A stretch of DNA of 64,000 nucleotides from Klebsormidium nitens. Lineage: Eukaryota; Plantae; Klebsormidiophyceae. The notes below the pieces were generated by a model that was given only the letters and a program-made list of their open reading frames with translations, ran no database searches and was not told where the DNA came from. The position numbers and the translations under genes are program-made. Location: positions 163,999 through 227,998 of the forward strand of contig DF236980.1 of NCBI GenBank assembly GCA_000708835.1, given 5' to 3'. Shown piece by piece: positions 48,915 through 61,476 of the stretch (its first letter is position 1; the number at the start of each line of letters is the position of its first letter).

Positions 48915-51900
48915 ATGGGCGCTGTTCCGCTCAATGACGATGACCATCCCACACTACCGCAGTCCCCATTCAGAGCACGACTTGCCAGTGAGGTCCGCAA
49001 GAAGCTAGAAGAGGTGAGAGAGTTCAAGGAGGAGGGCCACGTTGAAACAGAAGGAAAAGCTTCCTAAGGAGGGGGCCAAACCGAAGTCTGCATGGGTGGC
49101 AGAATGAAATGAATTTGGGGCGGGAAATTGGAAACTTTTTGCATTTTGAAGGTTTTTCAGAAAGCGTAAATTCATGGTAGAGAACACGTGAGCAAGTTCT
49201 TAAAACTTTTCCCTCCAGCTTCTGCCTTACATGAGTTCTGGACATTCTGTCACCTGTGCTCGCGCTTCTCTTCTTCTAGTATCATGTACTAATATCAATA
49301 GACAGAGTGTCCAACCTAGCTCTGACGGCGACTTCTTACCCCATCAAGATTGTCAACGCACCTCAAACAGGCCTCAACACTTAATTCGTCATTTGATTGA
49401 AGTAAGAAGTCCTTCTTCAAAAGCCACCGCTTAGAGGCAACACGTGACTTTCAGGAGAAGAGGGCTTTCTTATGTAAGAAATGTTCCTGACACCTTCTCA
49501 GCTTCACCATCATACCTACCATCACATCAATTGCAACTTGAAGGCCCTTCTGCCAGGCGCAAACTCTCTTCTTTCAAGTTTTGAACGTAAAAGCAGTCGT
49601 TCTGAGTGCTTGCATAGGGGGCAATGTCACTTGAGCCTTCCTAACCTCATTATCCTGCTCTTGGCTCCATCTGAAAAAGCTTTCTGACGGCACTAAGTGC
49701 TTGACATTTGTACCAGGCTGCCTTTGAGGGAGCAAGTCATCGCTTCTCCCTTTCCTTCTACTCGATCTTTCTCGCAGAGGCTGCTCGTCAGGCACAGGGG
49801 CTTGAGGCGAAATGGCCCACATTTTCCATTTCCTCTCCGTTTATCTGCAGTATGTAAAGCAAATAACAAGCCTTTCTTTCAGTAGCACGTCACGATCGAA
49901 TGTGTTGAGAGATTATGTCGGGCCCTTGATTTTGCGCAGGCTGTGAGGAAGACAGGGAGCGAACGAGTTCGGCAGCTGCAAGACCTGTTCACGGATATCG
50001 CTTTGGAGGTCAACACAAAAGCAGAAGGTGAGGAGTGAAGAAGGATGTTCACGATTTATTTTTGCTGGACTGAAATGGAAGGTAGTATTCATTGCTTTTT
50101 GAAGGCGGATGTCCCTCTCTTTGAAAGTCTATCACGCTGTGATTGCTTCATTAAGAGGTCCCCCTAGAAGATTTCGTTTTCATGTCCACTCAAACCTGAG
50201 GTTGAAGGTTTGCAACAAAAGTTGTTTCTCAAGGTTTTTACGATGGTTGAAAGATTTTGTTTTCTTCAAGGCCCTCATGTGCATTTGCAAGCAGCAAAAG
50301 GAAGGGCACTCTCCCTGACACCAATCGCACGTCTCAGCGGCAGAGCAGGTGCTCAGAAAGCCCCTCTTTTTATTCTGTTTGTTCTCGCCCCTCCGTCTCC
50401 TCCAACTTCGGCCCCTTCCCCTTCCTCTTGCCACCCGGAAACAATTTTTCCCACTCATATACTGATGCGATTGAAACCAGATTCAAGCAAGCTGACGCTT
50501 CTCTCCATACCATTTTCCCGCTCCGAGCTGCCCCTCCTTTCTTTCTCTTCAACTTATCCCCTGTCTCTCCTTTGCACCTTGAAAGTTGGCGTCCTGGGGC
50601 CCCAGAACGCCTGACTTCACATAGCAACATCGAAGCGCGGCTTTCCGCTATCCTGTCGCCAAAAAGTCGCTATCAGACTTCGTGCCCCGAGCATTGGACC
50701 CTACTAAAAGTTGCCGGGCGATGACATTGCGAAGATGCCCTCTGTACTCGCATATTCTCTGCATCTGCAGCGAACCTGTACAAAGTCAACACTGCGACAA
50801 TTGAGGCCAAAGCTCGCCGGCGGAAGCGCAGCCTGTGCTACTACGAGGTCCTAGCGGAGCACTACTTCCAGTCGCCCGACGACGCCAAGGAGATTGTGCC
50901 GCTGATCAGTGCGCTCTGGAGCCAGTACTTCACGTTCCAGATCTTCGCACTCCTGCTCTACCGATGGGTGAGTATTTCGGTGGCGGCGAAACTTCTACCG
51001 GTAGGTGAGGGTCTACAAAGCGGGAGAAAAGAGGATGAGAGGAAATGGGCTGAGGAAACGCATTGCCAGCAAAGGGCATGCAATACGTTCGCAAGCACTT
51101 TTCGTCAATAAAACGGCTTGGAAATATTGTTTGAATGGGAAACGCTTGCGCTCTTGCACCTTGCCCTCGACTTCTCGCTTGTTTACACCTGGAATGATAA
51201 GTGAGGTCAATGCTTCGGTCGCCCTCTGCCCTTCCGCTGACAAGTACATCTTTCCAAGCTACACCGTAATAGCTACGACAGTTGCTTGCCATCAGCGTCC
51301 GATCTAGCTTGAGAGAACACATAATCGTCTTTGTGAAGTGAAATGGAGGTTTGCTCAACTTCGGACGCTTATCTCGCTTCCTACATCGCTCATTTATCAA
51401 GCCGCAATCGTTGGCTCCTGATTTGGTTGGGACCCAACCTAAGCGTTGCCGTCCATGTCTGCAGCTGTTCGAAACCCCTCCAGTTCAATCAGACGATATG
51501 CTGCGCTTCAACAAGGCCTTCCTTAACGGAGCGAGCCACGTCTTCTGGTGAGCGCCCGTCTCTGTACGCCGGTTCCAAATGCAAAGCGACTCCGGCCGTA
51601 CTAAACGAAAACCCATTGGCTGTCTCTTTAGCTGCTGGAAATTCATTTGCAGTTGTTTCCTGGCAAAGGTCTGGTATTTTCAACACACCCTGACGTCGCA
51701 GCGTTGTGCACTTCCGGACCTCCTGGGACACGTGTTGCAATCTCGACGATCCACGATCTCTCGCTCTTGCAAGAAGAACTGGCGAGCGTCTCCGGTGGGG
51801 GAATATTGTTTTTGTCTCTGATCACCTCTTTCTGTTGCAGGATTGATATCCAAAGCAACGCTGTCCGCTTCCAGCCATTGTACCGAGTAAGCTTCTCCTT

Positions 51901-54900
51901 TGCGGGTGACCCCGACATAGACCCGAATATTGGTGTCCTTTCCTCGTTGTTCGCCCAACTAAAGATTGCGGATGCATTCTAACACCATGCCAGTGAATGA
52001 GCATCTGAGCCGTACAATGGTGGGCTTTCAGCACTCAAAAGAAGCGTCTGGAAACAGTAGGTCCTTTTTCGTCAGCTTGAGGGTATAAGAACATCGTCCA
52101 TCGAGTGCAAACCATGCTGAGACAAGTTCATGTCTGTTCTCCCCTGCTGATTGGAACTGTCGACATCGGGGTCAATCGCGGCTCGGAATGCTGACGTCTC
52201 TTGGTGTGTGCAGTACATCCTGTATGACGTCGTCCTGAACGATGCCCGCGTCAAAGAGTTCCCAGCACAGGTGCGGCCACCCACGGGGTTCTCCCATGTT
52301 GAATTCCCTTCTTTTCCTTATCTTTGTTTGCCACTTTGAAAGACTCCTAATTCATCCGTGATCTGAGGTCGCTCCTCGATGCCTCGTTGCTGTTGTTGCG
52401 TATTCTTCGTTCGTCCCATTGGAGGAGTGCTTTCGGTAGGTGTTCTCGACCGTCGACAATTTGTTACTCATGCTCTGTTCGGTAGTAGTTTGGTACCCAT
52501 TTAAAGGAGCTTCTTATTTGGTTGTGGCCAATCGACCGGCTCCGGTGGCCAGGTTTGCCTAGTCAGACGCCAAGTGAGGTATTTCAGAGGCCCCACTTCT
52601 AGATCTCGACCATTTCAAACCCCCGGTACTCTGGTTTCTCCGGCTCTAACCAAGCTCGCTTCTTCGAGTCTTCCATGTCGTTTGTATCGTCGATATTCTA
52701 CAGACCCGAGAGCTCAGCGCTTCAGAAAGTTTGAACACATCACATTCGCTTACAGGTCGACAGTGACCTGTTCAAGCTCGCCTCCCGCTTTCTCTTCTTC
52801 TATGAGCATGGTAAGTCAGGACCCATTGTCAAACGCGCGTAGAAGCATTTACTGAGCAGCCTGGTCAATGATTGGCTTGTAGCTTTCAGTGTCTGCTTGG
52901 TGTGTTCACATATCTGCATCGCCTGAGATTCTGATCGCAGAACCTGTCAGATAACGGGATTCTCTTGTTTGCGTGTTCGAGAATCCTAAGCCGGCTGGTT
53001 TATCCGGAACCGAGAAACCTCACAGCTGGGATCCTGGTATGTATGCTGCTGACCAGCTGGCAGTCTTCTCGAAATCTCACATGTCAGAGGTGTCGACTAG
53101 CCAGGCCCTAGAATACAAAACCTGCACATCTCAGAGCCCTGGGCTACAATCATAGTCAGTATCAACATTGCTATTGTTTCATTAATTTGACCGAGAAGTG
53201 TCACAGCTGAACATATAATTTGCAGCTGACCAACTGGCGGTCTTGCTTGAAACCTCAAGAGCGGAAGTTTCCAGTTGCCCAGACCCTAAACCTCAAAAAC
53301 TGCATGTTTCAGAACCCTGAGGCTATCACCATAGTCAGCATCATCATTATCACAAAAACATTCTGAGAATATAAACCCTCACCGCGAAAACCTGGTGTGC
53401 AGCTGACCAGCTGGCGGTCCTCCTCCAAACGCTGCCCGACTCGGTGCGGAGAGCGTCGTGGAGCCTGCCGCTGGATATCTTCGCCACGGAGGTTACCAAC
53501 CACGTGAGTTCAGTACTCTAAATATTGCAGGTCGGTCAAACCTGGCCGCCTGACCCGAGTTCGAATCGAGCCAGTCGCAGAACTTTCTCGAGCCGCAGAA
53601 CTTGGGCCGTTCGATGACGCGAAAGGGCTCCATCGAACGGCCCAAGTTCTGCGGGTGTGCCTTCGCAAGAGTTTTACGGTCGGCTCTGACCGGACTGGCC
53701 GGCCAGGCCTTGCAGAAGTTGGGCCGTTCGATGAAAGGCTTTTGGGTCATCGAAGGGTCTCAAGTTCTGCGCATCGGGCAAGTTCTGCGATCGGTACCTA
53801 TCGGACTTGGGTCAGGCGGCCAGGTTTGACCGAATGTGCAATAAAAAGCACAACAAAGGATGCGGTAGTACAAATCCGCACTGTTCTACGCTTGATAACA
53901 GGGCAAACAGAGGAAGTGTCAAAGGGCTTCTTTGCAGTCTGTGTGCTGGACGTGATTGATTTTGTCGACAGTCAGCCCGCAACTGTTGGATGGAAAGGGC
54001 CCCGGGCTTGATGCTCTGCGTTCTCGTTGAAAGACGACTGATAAATCATTGGCTTTTTAGAACGGTCCTTTGTTCGCTGGTCTAATTCGTTGCGCCTTCG
54101 CTGTTTCGTCGGATGGCACTTTGCGGGCAACAGCCACATTCCGCGACGGCCGTTTCTTAGCTCCCGCAATATTTGTGGCCCCTTGTGGCCCTGCAAAAAG
54201 AGTTTCGGGTCGGCAGCTCCTCAGGTTTCTGAAATTCCACAAAAGCTCACAAAGATCACCAAAGCCTACGGTTGTCAACAGCAGTGAGAAAGGATTTGGA
54301 CGATCGCGTGGCTCAAGGAGCACAGAAGTTCTACGTATTCACCGTGCAGAAACTGGGTACCTGCGTATACTCGTGCAGAACGTCGACGCGAACGCTCACT
54401 CGCATTTTCGATCGCTTTCTCCTGCAGTTGCAGAAGATAAAGGTCGAGCCGGTGTTGTTGACCTATTTAGAGAGCCTACGTGCGCTCAAAGGTGAGCTAT
54501 GCTCGAGTCCAGTCGGTATAACACCCAAAAGCTCTTCTTTGTCGTTAGCGCTTATATGTGCCGTTCCTTTCTGATTGATTTCTTTTATACTTTATACGAC
54601 CAAAAGCTCCGGCTTGGAAGATATCTTGGTATCGCGGCCGTTTGGGTAGCGGCTTTAGATCTTTCTTGTAATGTCGATAGACTTGTCAATAGCACATCCG
54701 TTCCGCATGCCTCGTATCCAAACCGTCAATTTTTACAGACTATTAGCCCGTTTGGCAACTTCTTTGGCCAATTTGTGCTCATGGATGCGCTTGGCCCCTT
54801 TCTTTCCTCCAAGCTTTGCTTTCATGGCCGTTTCCGTCTATGCTCTTGATCGCCCGCCTGCCAGACTTCTCAGGAAGCAATCCTGAGTTGGCAGCAGTGT

Positions 54901-56153
54901 CAGACAACTCTTTGCCCTCCACATTGCCTTTCGACTCGGGAATAGGTTCATGTTAGCTCCGCCTTTTCTACAGTCGCTGCCTTTCCCGCCCTTGCGTCAG
55001 ACCGCTTGGAAAGTCTGAGCGGCCTCTTCAGACTCTCCATGTTTGCCTCAAGGCAAAAGCGCTCTTTTAAGATACTCCGAGATGGAAAGAACGCAACGCG
55101 TCGTGGCAAAGATACAAGCGCCAGTACAAACTCTTGAGGAAGTGAACTGTCTACGCGCCTTTTACAGGTCTCCCCCTTCGGACGACGTCCCAGATCCGGC
55201 TGCAGTCACGAGGGACAGTCGAGTGACTCGGAACTAGAGCGAGACGGAAGCAGCATGGATGGCTCTCAATATCTACCAAAATCTTGAGAAAGTGAACTGT
55301 CTGCGCGCCGTTTACAGGTCTCCCACTTCGGACGACGTCCCAGATCCGGCTGCAATCGGCTCTGTACAGTATGACCTCTCCAGGGGGACCCCTCTACCCG
55401 CCCCGCTCCGTCAGGCACGCCTCCACCAAAACGCTGGACACGCTGTTTCCCGTAAGTTCCCCGCAGCTCTTATTCCGAGTGCCGGGGCTCGTTTCTCGGA
55501 GAGGACTTTGATATGTTTTGAATCTGCATAGATAAGAATCTTAAGAGGACATGCTTTCAAGGGGCAACGTCGGTGTTTGCGTAGGCCGTTCGATCTGCTT
55601 TCTCGTGTTGATTGCACCACAATCTTCCACGCCAGCTCCGACCCGGATTCCGTTCGTTCGTTCTGGCGGAACGGGCCCCAAGCTTCGCTCACGACCCGCT
55701 TGCGGCAGACAGCGCTGTGCACGTCTTCGCAGCGGCAGCTTAAGAAGAGTCACTCCATTGAGCTGTCCCTTTTGTGGCCTCGGCTCGATCAGCTGTGCTC
55801 TCTTCGGAAAACCCGTGTAGAACAATGATGTCGCTTACTTCGTCTTGAAGTTCAAAAAGAAGGTCAAAGTGCTTCTTTTCAGATCTCGACCATACAGTGC
55901 TGATTGCACAAGATCCTTAAGCATCACGCGACCACTCCGCCTCCTGAGCACCCGCTTTTTGTTGCAGGTGGGGAAGGAGTTTCGCCAGATTATCAGCCTT
56001 GCGTTCCGCCTTCTTCATCCGTACTACTGGCCCTCCTCGTTCTGGAACTTTCTAGTTACAAAAGTCCAGGCTATCTGGCGGAGTAGTCAAGACATCGCGA
56101 ATAGACTCTGGGAGACGTTTCCCTTACGACAATGGCAAAGACACGTCGACTAA
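48915..56153 (+). CDS. Conserved uncharacterised plant-type protein, 369 aa, 11 exons
   Basis: Exons 48915-49013, 49940-50027, 50771-50967, 51465-51547, 51841-51886, 52214-52270, 52756-52810, 53403-53503, 54428-54491, 55318-55451 and 55968-56153 total 1110 nt, all GT-AG and in frame. Motifs LQDLFTDIALEV, LCYYEVLAEHY, LWSQYFTFQIFALLLYRWLFE, HVFWIDIQSN, IKVEPVLLTYL, TSPGGPLYPPRSVRHA and FRLLHPYYWP resemble, from memory, a land-plant family of unknown function. Confidence 0.88.
53040..53430 (+). repeat. ~177 bp tandem array (3 copies) copying the acceptor and start of exon 8 of the conserved gene
   Basis: CTGACCA(G/A)CTGGC(A/G)GTC is found at ~53049 (AG lost), 53226 (AG kept) and 53403 (real exon start). 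Confidence 0.85.
53532..53833. mobile_element. ~300 bp foldback/MITE-like element with 33-bp terminal inverted repeats and two internal hairpins
   Basis: The TIR TCGGTCAAACCTGGCCGCCTGACCC(G/A)AGT(T/C)CGA lies at 53532-53564 and inverted at 53801-53833. A perfect 24-bp stem pairs 53593-53616 with 53631-53654, and an imperfect second copy pairs 53712-53734 with 53747-53770. No clear TSD. Confidence 0.8.
55141..55350 (+). repeat. 150 bp-spaced duplication of the acceptor and start of exon 10 of the conserved gene
   Basis: AGTGAACTGTCT(A/G)CGCGCC(T/G)TTTACAG|GTCTCCC(C/A)CTTCGGACGACGTCCCAGATCCGGCTGCA occurs at 55141 and 55291. Confidence 0.9.
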
Positions 56154-57900
56154 GGATCTTGTGTCTGTTTCTGTTTGAGTATTATGGAGGACTGTCTGAG
56201 CTTATTGACGCTTATCAATCTGTATCGCTTATTGGAATCGGGCGGCTGCCTAGGGTACGAGTGTACATCTTACTAATCCTTACTTGAACAAGCTGATGAG
56301 CGTCATTCGTAAGCCCCGAGGAGACTGAGCGGGCCTCAGCAGGTCAACTTGATCAAATCGACTTGTAGATCTGGTGCACTTTGTATGCAGCAAAGTACAT
56401 AGACGGCCATACGGTTGATCATTTAGTGCAGCCAAAATTTGATCTTCGAACATGTATAAGCTAGAGCTGCAAGTTGTGAGTGCGTGCCGCCATGCATGCA
56501 TGTGCATGCATGCATGTTGGGACGTGCAAATGACGGTTTGAAACTTAACGCGAATGTGACTTCGTCATTATAAGTAGACGGTATAGGCCGGGGTACACAT
56601 CTATACAAGCCAAGCATTGCTTTTGAGCACCTTGCACATGAATGATGTACGTGCACCGTGCCTCAAATCATGAATGTTATACGGCGCGTATATACATGTG
56701 GCCCTCACATACAAAGGGGCTTCAATATAAAGTAAAAAGCAATGATGCGCTTTAAGAGCTACATGCGCATGCAGGCTGAAGGGCCGCGTGCGCTTTCCAA
56801 CTTGCAAGCTAGTTCCAGGAGCTAGTGCAATTCGCTCCGACTATATATATAGCTTGAAAGATTGGCCGCCACCTTGATACTGGCATATCGGCGCTGCATG
56901 AGCCGCTTACGAAGTTCAAAAGGTCACCTGGCATGTCAACTTTACCAAATCGAGTGGCACAAGACCTTCCAAAGCATAGTGGTCCAATGACGGCAGCAGC
57001 CAGTGCCGTTTAACATATGCTAGCCTGGCCCTGTGAAATCCGATTTACTTAGAGCTATGAATTCGCGGCCTGCATGCATGCTTCACGATCGAGCTGGCTA
57101 GCCTGGTGATGGCACAATACTCCGGGTCACATTCAGCATGGTCCACATGTTTTACCGACAATACTTTTTGGGCTATTCTCCAGACCTGTCCGGTCCATGT
57201 CGAGCTATTCTATCTTTTCTTATCTCTTCAGCTATGAATTCCAGGTTGTACGTATTAAAGCTACTTATATGACGACACTGTCGTCCGAGCCCACAAGCAA
57301 GTTGTTTTCTGTTCAATATCGAAGCAGAGGCTTGAGTTGATTCGTTCGAGAACACAGATACCGAAACGTAATTCTCAATGTCCCCGGCAATTTTGCAATT
57401 TTGACCAACCTCTGAGGCATCCACCCCACCACCGGCTCCGACTCTTGTTAGGCAGAGCTCGACTGAGCGAAGTGCATTTCGGGCTTAGAGGGCCTTATCA
57501 TAACTGGATCAGTTTTCTGAGGAGCCTTCCGCGACGCCTCCGATAATCCACTTGTTCGCTCAGGCTCGCTGCAGGTTGTTGGGCAGCCCAAGCAGAGAGA
57601 GCTTTATTGTCGACTCACATCTCATCGCGGTGCAATGTGCACAGACCCCATTGCAGAAGTCAGTTGCATTTTCGACGAATTCCCCTTCGTTGCGTTGGCC
57701 AATCATTCCGGCCGTCAAAAGCTGGGGGGATCGCGTCAGCCCGCAGGCCACGCAGAATGTTTCCCCTCGAAGCAGCATATTTCAACGTCGATCATATTTC
57801 CTCCTGGAGCCCATGTTCGTTGCTCTCGAGCAGCCCACTTTCGGATGAGTGTTCTGTTGAAATCAGGGGCTACATTTCCCCGTCCGCTCCTCCCCCCCCT

Positions 57901-60900
57901 TCATCCCCCCTCGCTCGCATCGCCCCCACGCTGCCGGTCGACCCTCCCGCCGGCCGCACGATCGTTCACCAGATCCTCCATCGCGCGTTGCACCAGCGCC
58001 AAATCCCGCCGCAGCGCGTCGTTCTCGTCCTGAACTTCGCGCACCGCGCGCCGGCCGTCCTCCTCCAGCCGTCGCTGCAGTGCGTCCTTCTCGGCGCGCA
58101 CCTGGAGCAACCAAGAAAACAATAATGGAAACCACTCTTATTTTGGCAGTTAGCCATTGCCGGTTACGGGCTGGTTAATAACTGATTGTTCCCAATGTTC
58201 CAGACTCCAGCAGTAACCGAAGGGTTTTGGTCGAAAACTAGATTGGTCAGCAGCCCGACTCTTTCTGTGAACAGGGACTTTCCAATATCGAAAAATAAGG
58301 TGAAGGAGAGAGGTAAATGCACAAAACGGCTGGTCGCACTGGGCCCGCACGTGAGGGCATCCTGGTCCTTTCCCTGCTAACCAACCAAACAGCAAGGCAG
58401 TATTAGACGAAGTGAATATTTTTGAAGTTATCTATGGGCACGTCATCGTGACGCCAGCTAGGGACCGCTCTACCGGTGAGCAACGATGCTGGTGCGTACC
58501 TGGTCCAGCTGGCTCTTGAGCGCCTGGTTGTCGTTCTCGAGCTCGCCCACCCGCCGCTCCAGGGTCCGCTCTTGCTCCTGCACGGAATCCGGGCGGAAAC
58601 AGTGAGATGCTATTCTGGGCGGAACGAGTACAGGCTTGGAAATCATGCGGTTGTCAAAACCGGCCCGGAAATTTGGCCGGGACATGGAAGACTGGGCACC
58701 TTTGAGAGCAGGACTCTCAGGCATTATAACGACGAACTTTTGGCTTCCCAGAACAGGTTCATCAGTTGTGTTAACGCTACAGTCCTTGCACACGAGGGAC
58801 ATGGTACGGTGAAACCGGAAAATCGTGAGGCGATAGCAGATTAGCTGTCAATCAAAGTCGATTCTTGACATACTCCGGACTCGCCGTCTTGCACTTGCAC
58901 TTGCTCCATTGCAAATAGAGGACGTTCTCACAATCACGAAGCGGCGCAGCTGTTTGTTGCCAAACACCCACCTTTTTCCTCGCCCTGTGCCGCCTCGACT
59001 TCAACGCATTCTTCTCGTTCTTGGCCACGCCCTTCCGGACCCCAAGTGCCCCCCTTCCCGCCGGGCCAAAAGGACCCCCCTCCACGGATCCATTCGCCGT
59101 CACCATAACGCCTAATTGCCCCGGCCCCACACCCCGCAAGGGCCGGGGGGCGCCCCCCGGATTATTTGTGAACACGCCCCCCGGGTTAAGCAAACCCGAT
59201 CCTCGAGGAACGATCGGAGCGGTTAGGGGCGGCGGGGGGTTTCTCGGCGCTGAATTGGAGCGGTGTATTTGCAGTTGGGAGACGCCTTGGCGTGTGATTT
59301 CTGTGGGGCTGGACAGGGGGGGGCGGCGCTGAGAGGATCCCAGGAATGCGGGGGGGGGCTTGGGTTGCTCGTCGCCGTTCATTGAGTCACTGTCGTCCTG
59401 GAAAGACAGATGCAGGGCTATGGTAAGTACACTTGCGGAGAAAGAATAGTCTGCAGATGCCTTCAGGAGCTCAAGTGCGACAGTTTGTTGAGGCAGTGCC
59501 CAGCATAGCATGCAGACTAACCGCAGCACAGGCATATTTCCATGCATCGTTGCGTAAAGCATTCTGAAGCCAGCGTCACTCTGCGCAACCCACAAAAGAA
59601 ATCTTCCTACTGAAAGAGGACTTTCCACATCGTCCTGCATCGCACAATTCAATCCTTGACCAACAGAAGGCTCTGAAAGACAGCTGAATGTCCAACATCC
59701 TCTGACTTGCTCCACCCTAGTCTCCGAAGTCATGAAAATTCTTTACTATCTATATCTACACACAGTTATCTTTTGTTGAACCTTTTATTGTGTTTTTGGA
59801 ATTGGTGACTGCATATGCATCCTCACCTCGCTCCTGGGTTGTATGTTCCCCAACTCGTCTGGATCGGGAGGCCTCCATGGGCCGGGCGCGCCCCTCGTGT
59901 CGGTGTCAACAAATTGCCAGCCCTCAAACAGAGCCGGGATGTCAGGCTCTGTGCCGTCATCTACTTTTGGAAACAGGTTGTCGAGCGAGGCCTGACCGGA
60001 GGCGCCTTCCACCGCCTGCAGATTCAGAATCTTAAGATGATGAGTCTTCCGACCAAGCAATGCTGCTTCCGCGCTGTTGCGCAGCCTCGATGACCACCTT
60101 GTCCTCCCACCTACATCATGGTTCTGCCGCCTGATACCTCAGAATTTGCCCGTCGCTCTATGAGAGAATGTGCAGTGCTAGCTTTCATTGTTCCAGACTG
60201 GTGCGCTTAAAATGCTTCTGGGAAGGATCCCACGTCAACAGTCTGGCAGCCTGCCCAGACTTATCTTTAAGGGAGGCATGCACAAATCAAGCAGACCAGA
60301 TAAGCATACCACAGGTTCCCGCCACACTAGATTCTGAAACCACCCCCGCAAACCAACCGTCTGCACAGAGAACTTCAAGTCCAAACTCCTTACCTGCTCC
60401 CCAGTGTCCTGCCCAAACCCCGCCACCTCCCGTAGCTGCGCAAATCCCTCCCCGCCCCTGGCCCCTTGCCCCCCCGCCTGCATATCCAAAGCGTCGCCCA
60501 AGCCATGCTGGCTCTCCTCTGGCAGATACACAAAGTGGCTCCGCGCAGCGGCGTCGCTCAGGCTGCTATCCGTGAACTGCATGGCGTCGGCGAGCGACAT
60601 CTCGGTGTCGGGGAGGTTGTCAAAAAGCGACACGAGCTCGGGGTCTTCCATGAGGTCCAGGTCGGTGTCGCCGTTCCACAGGAAGCTGCCCTGCCAATAC
60701 ATCAAAGACAATAACTGTTTACAAGCTGACAATCACAGTACCAAATGAGGGGCAATTGCAAGTAGTTGGAGGTCAGCTGGCCTTTTCAGCTCTTTGTGCA
60801 TAAGCACCAGAAAGCTGCCCTGCAGGGGAGGGGAAGCGAATGGACACTTGTTAGAGGTCTGCTAGTTTTGGGAGCTTTCATCCAATGACACCATGCCAGA

Positions 60901-61476
60901 AAGCTGCCTGCAGCGGGGATGGGCATTGAAGTTATATGAGTCAGCTGGTCGGCTTTGTTGAGCTTTCATCCAGCAGACCACAGTCCAGAGTCGCTGGTTG
61001 AATGAGCGCTGAGCTTGGCGTTTCAGAATGGATTGTTACTCTTACATAAAAGATGACTTGAAAGGTCAAGCGCTAGATTGCTTGACTAGAACCTGGACAG
61101 AGAAGACGTGGCGGCAATGTGGCTTTAGTGTATGTTTGCTCCCTCAGTGCAAGCCTGATGTTACAATGGGCTTCGATTCCTCTGGTGTCACCAAATACTG
61201 ATGCTGAGGAGTCATTGGATTCAGCAGCAAACCTATCAGGTTTCTCAAGAGTCCCCAGCCATTCTCTGCAGCATATTATGCCGTGAGCTACAGGCAAGGG
61301 GCACTCCTCTTCCACCTCTTTGAGTAAGTCTACCAAATGATGCAATGTTTGCCATGTATGCCTTTAGTGGGACAAGAGCCTGCACTCACGAATTCAACTT
61401 CTTCATAACACGATCGCGGATCAGAGGGAAGACTCATCACCTGCTGGAGTCCATCATCGTCGCTCCCACTAAACAT
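57901..61476 (-). CDS. bZIP transcription factor with an atypical basic region, ~397 aa, 6 exons
   Basis: Exons 61476-61441, 60690-60427, 60015-59827, 59397-58972, 58577-58500 and 58101-57901 total 1194 nt in frame. The basic region KNEKNALKSRRHRARKK (N-x7-R) is followed by the zipper LERRVGELENDNQALKSQLDQVRAEKDALQRRL. The first exon is less certain. Confidence 0.8.
60680..60915 (-). repeat. Degenerate echoes of the bZIP exon 2 acceptor in intron 1
   Basis: The real GCAG|GGCAGCTTCCTG at 60690 is echoed by GCAG|GGCAGCTTTCTGG at 60819 and GCAG|GCAGCTTTCTGG near 60908. Confidence 0.65.

Noticed and set aside
1457-61476. U12-type introns
   Set aside because: No AT-AC ends or GTATCCTT donors were seen at any inferred junction.
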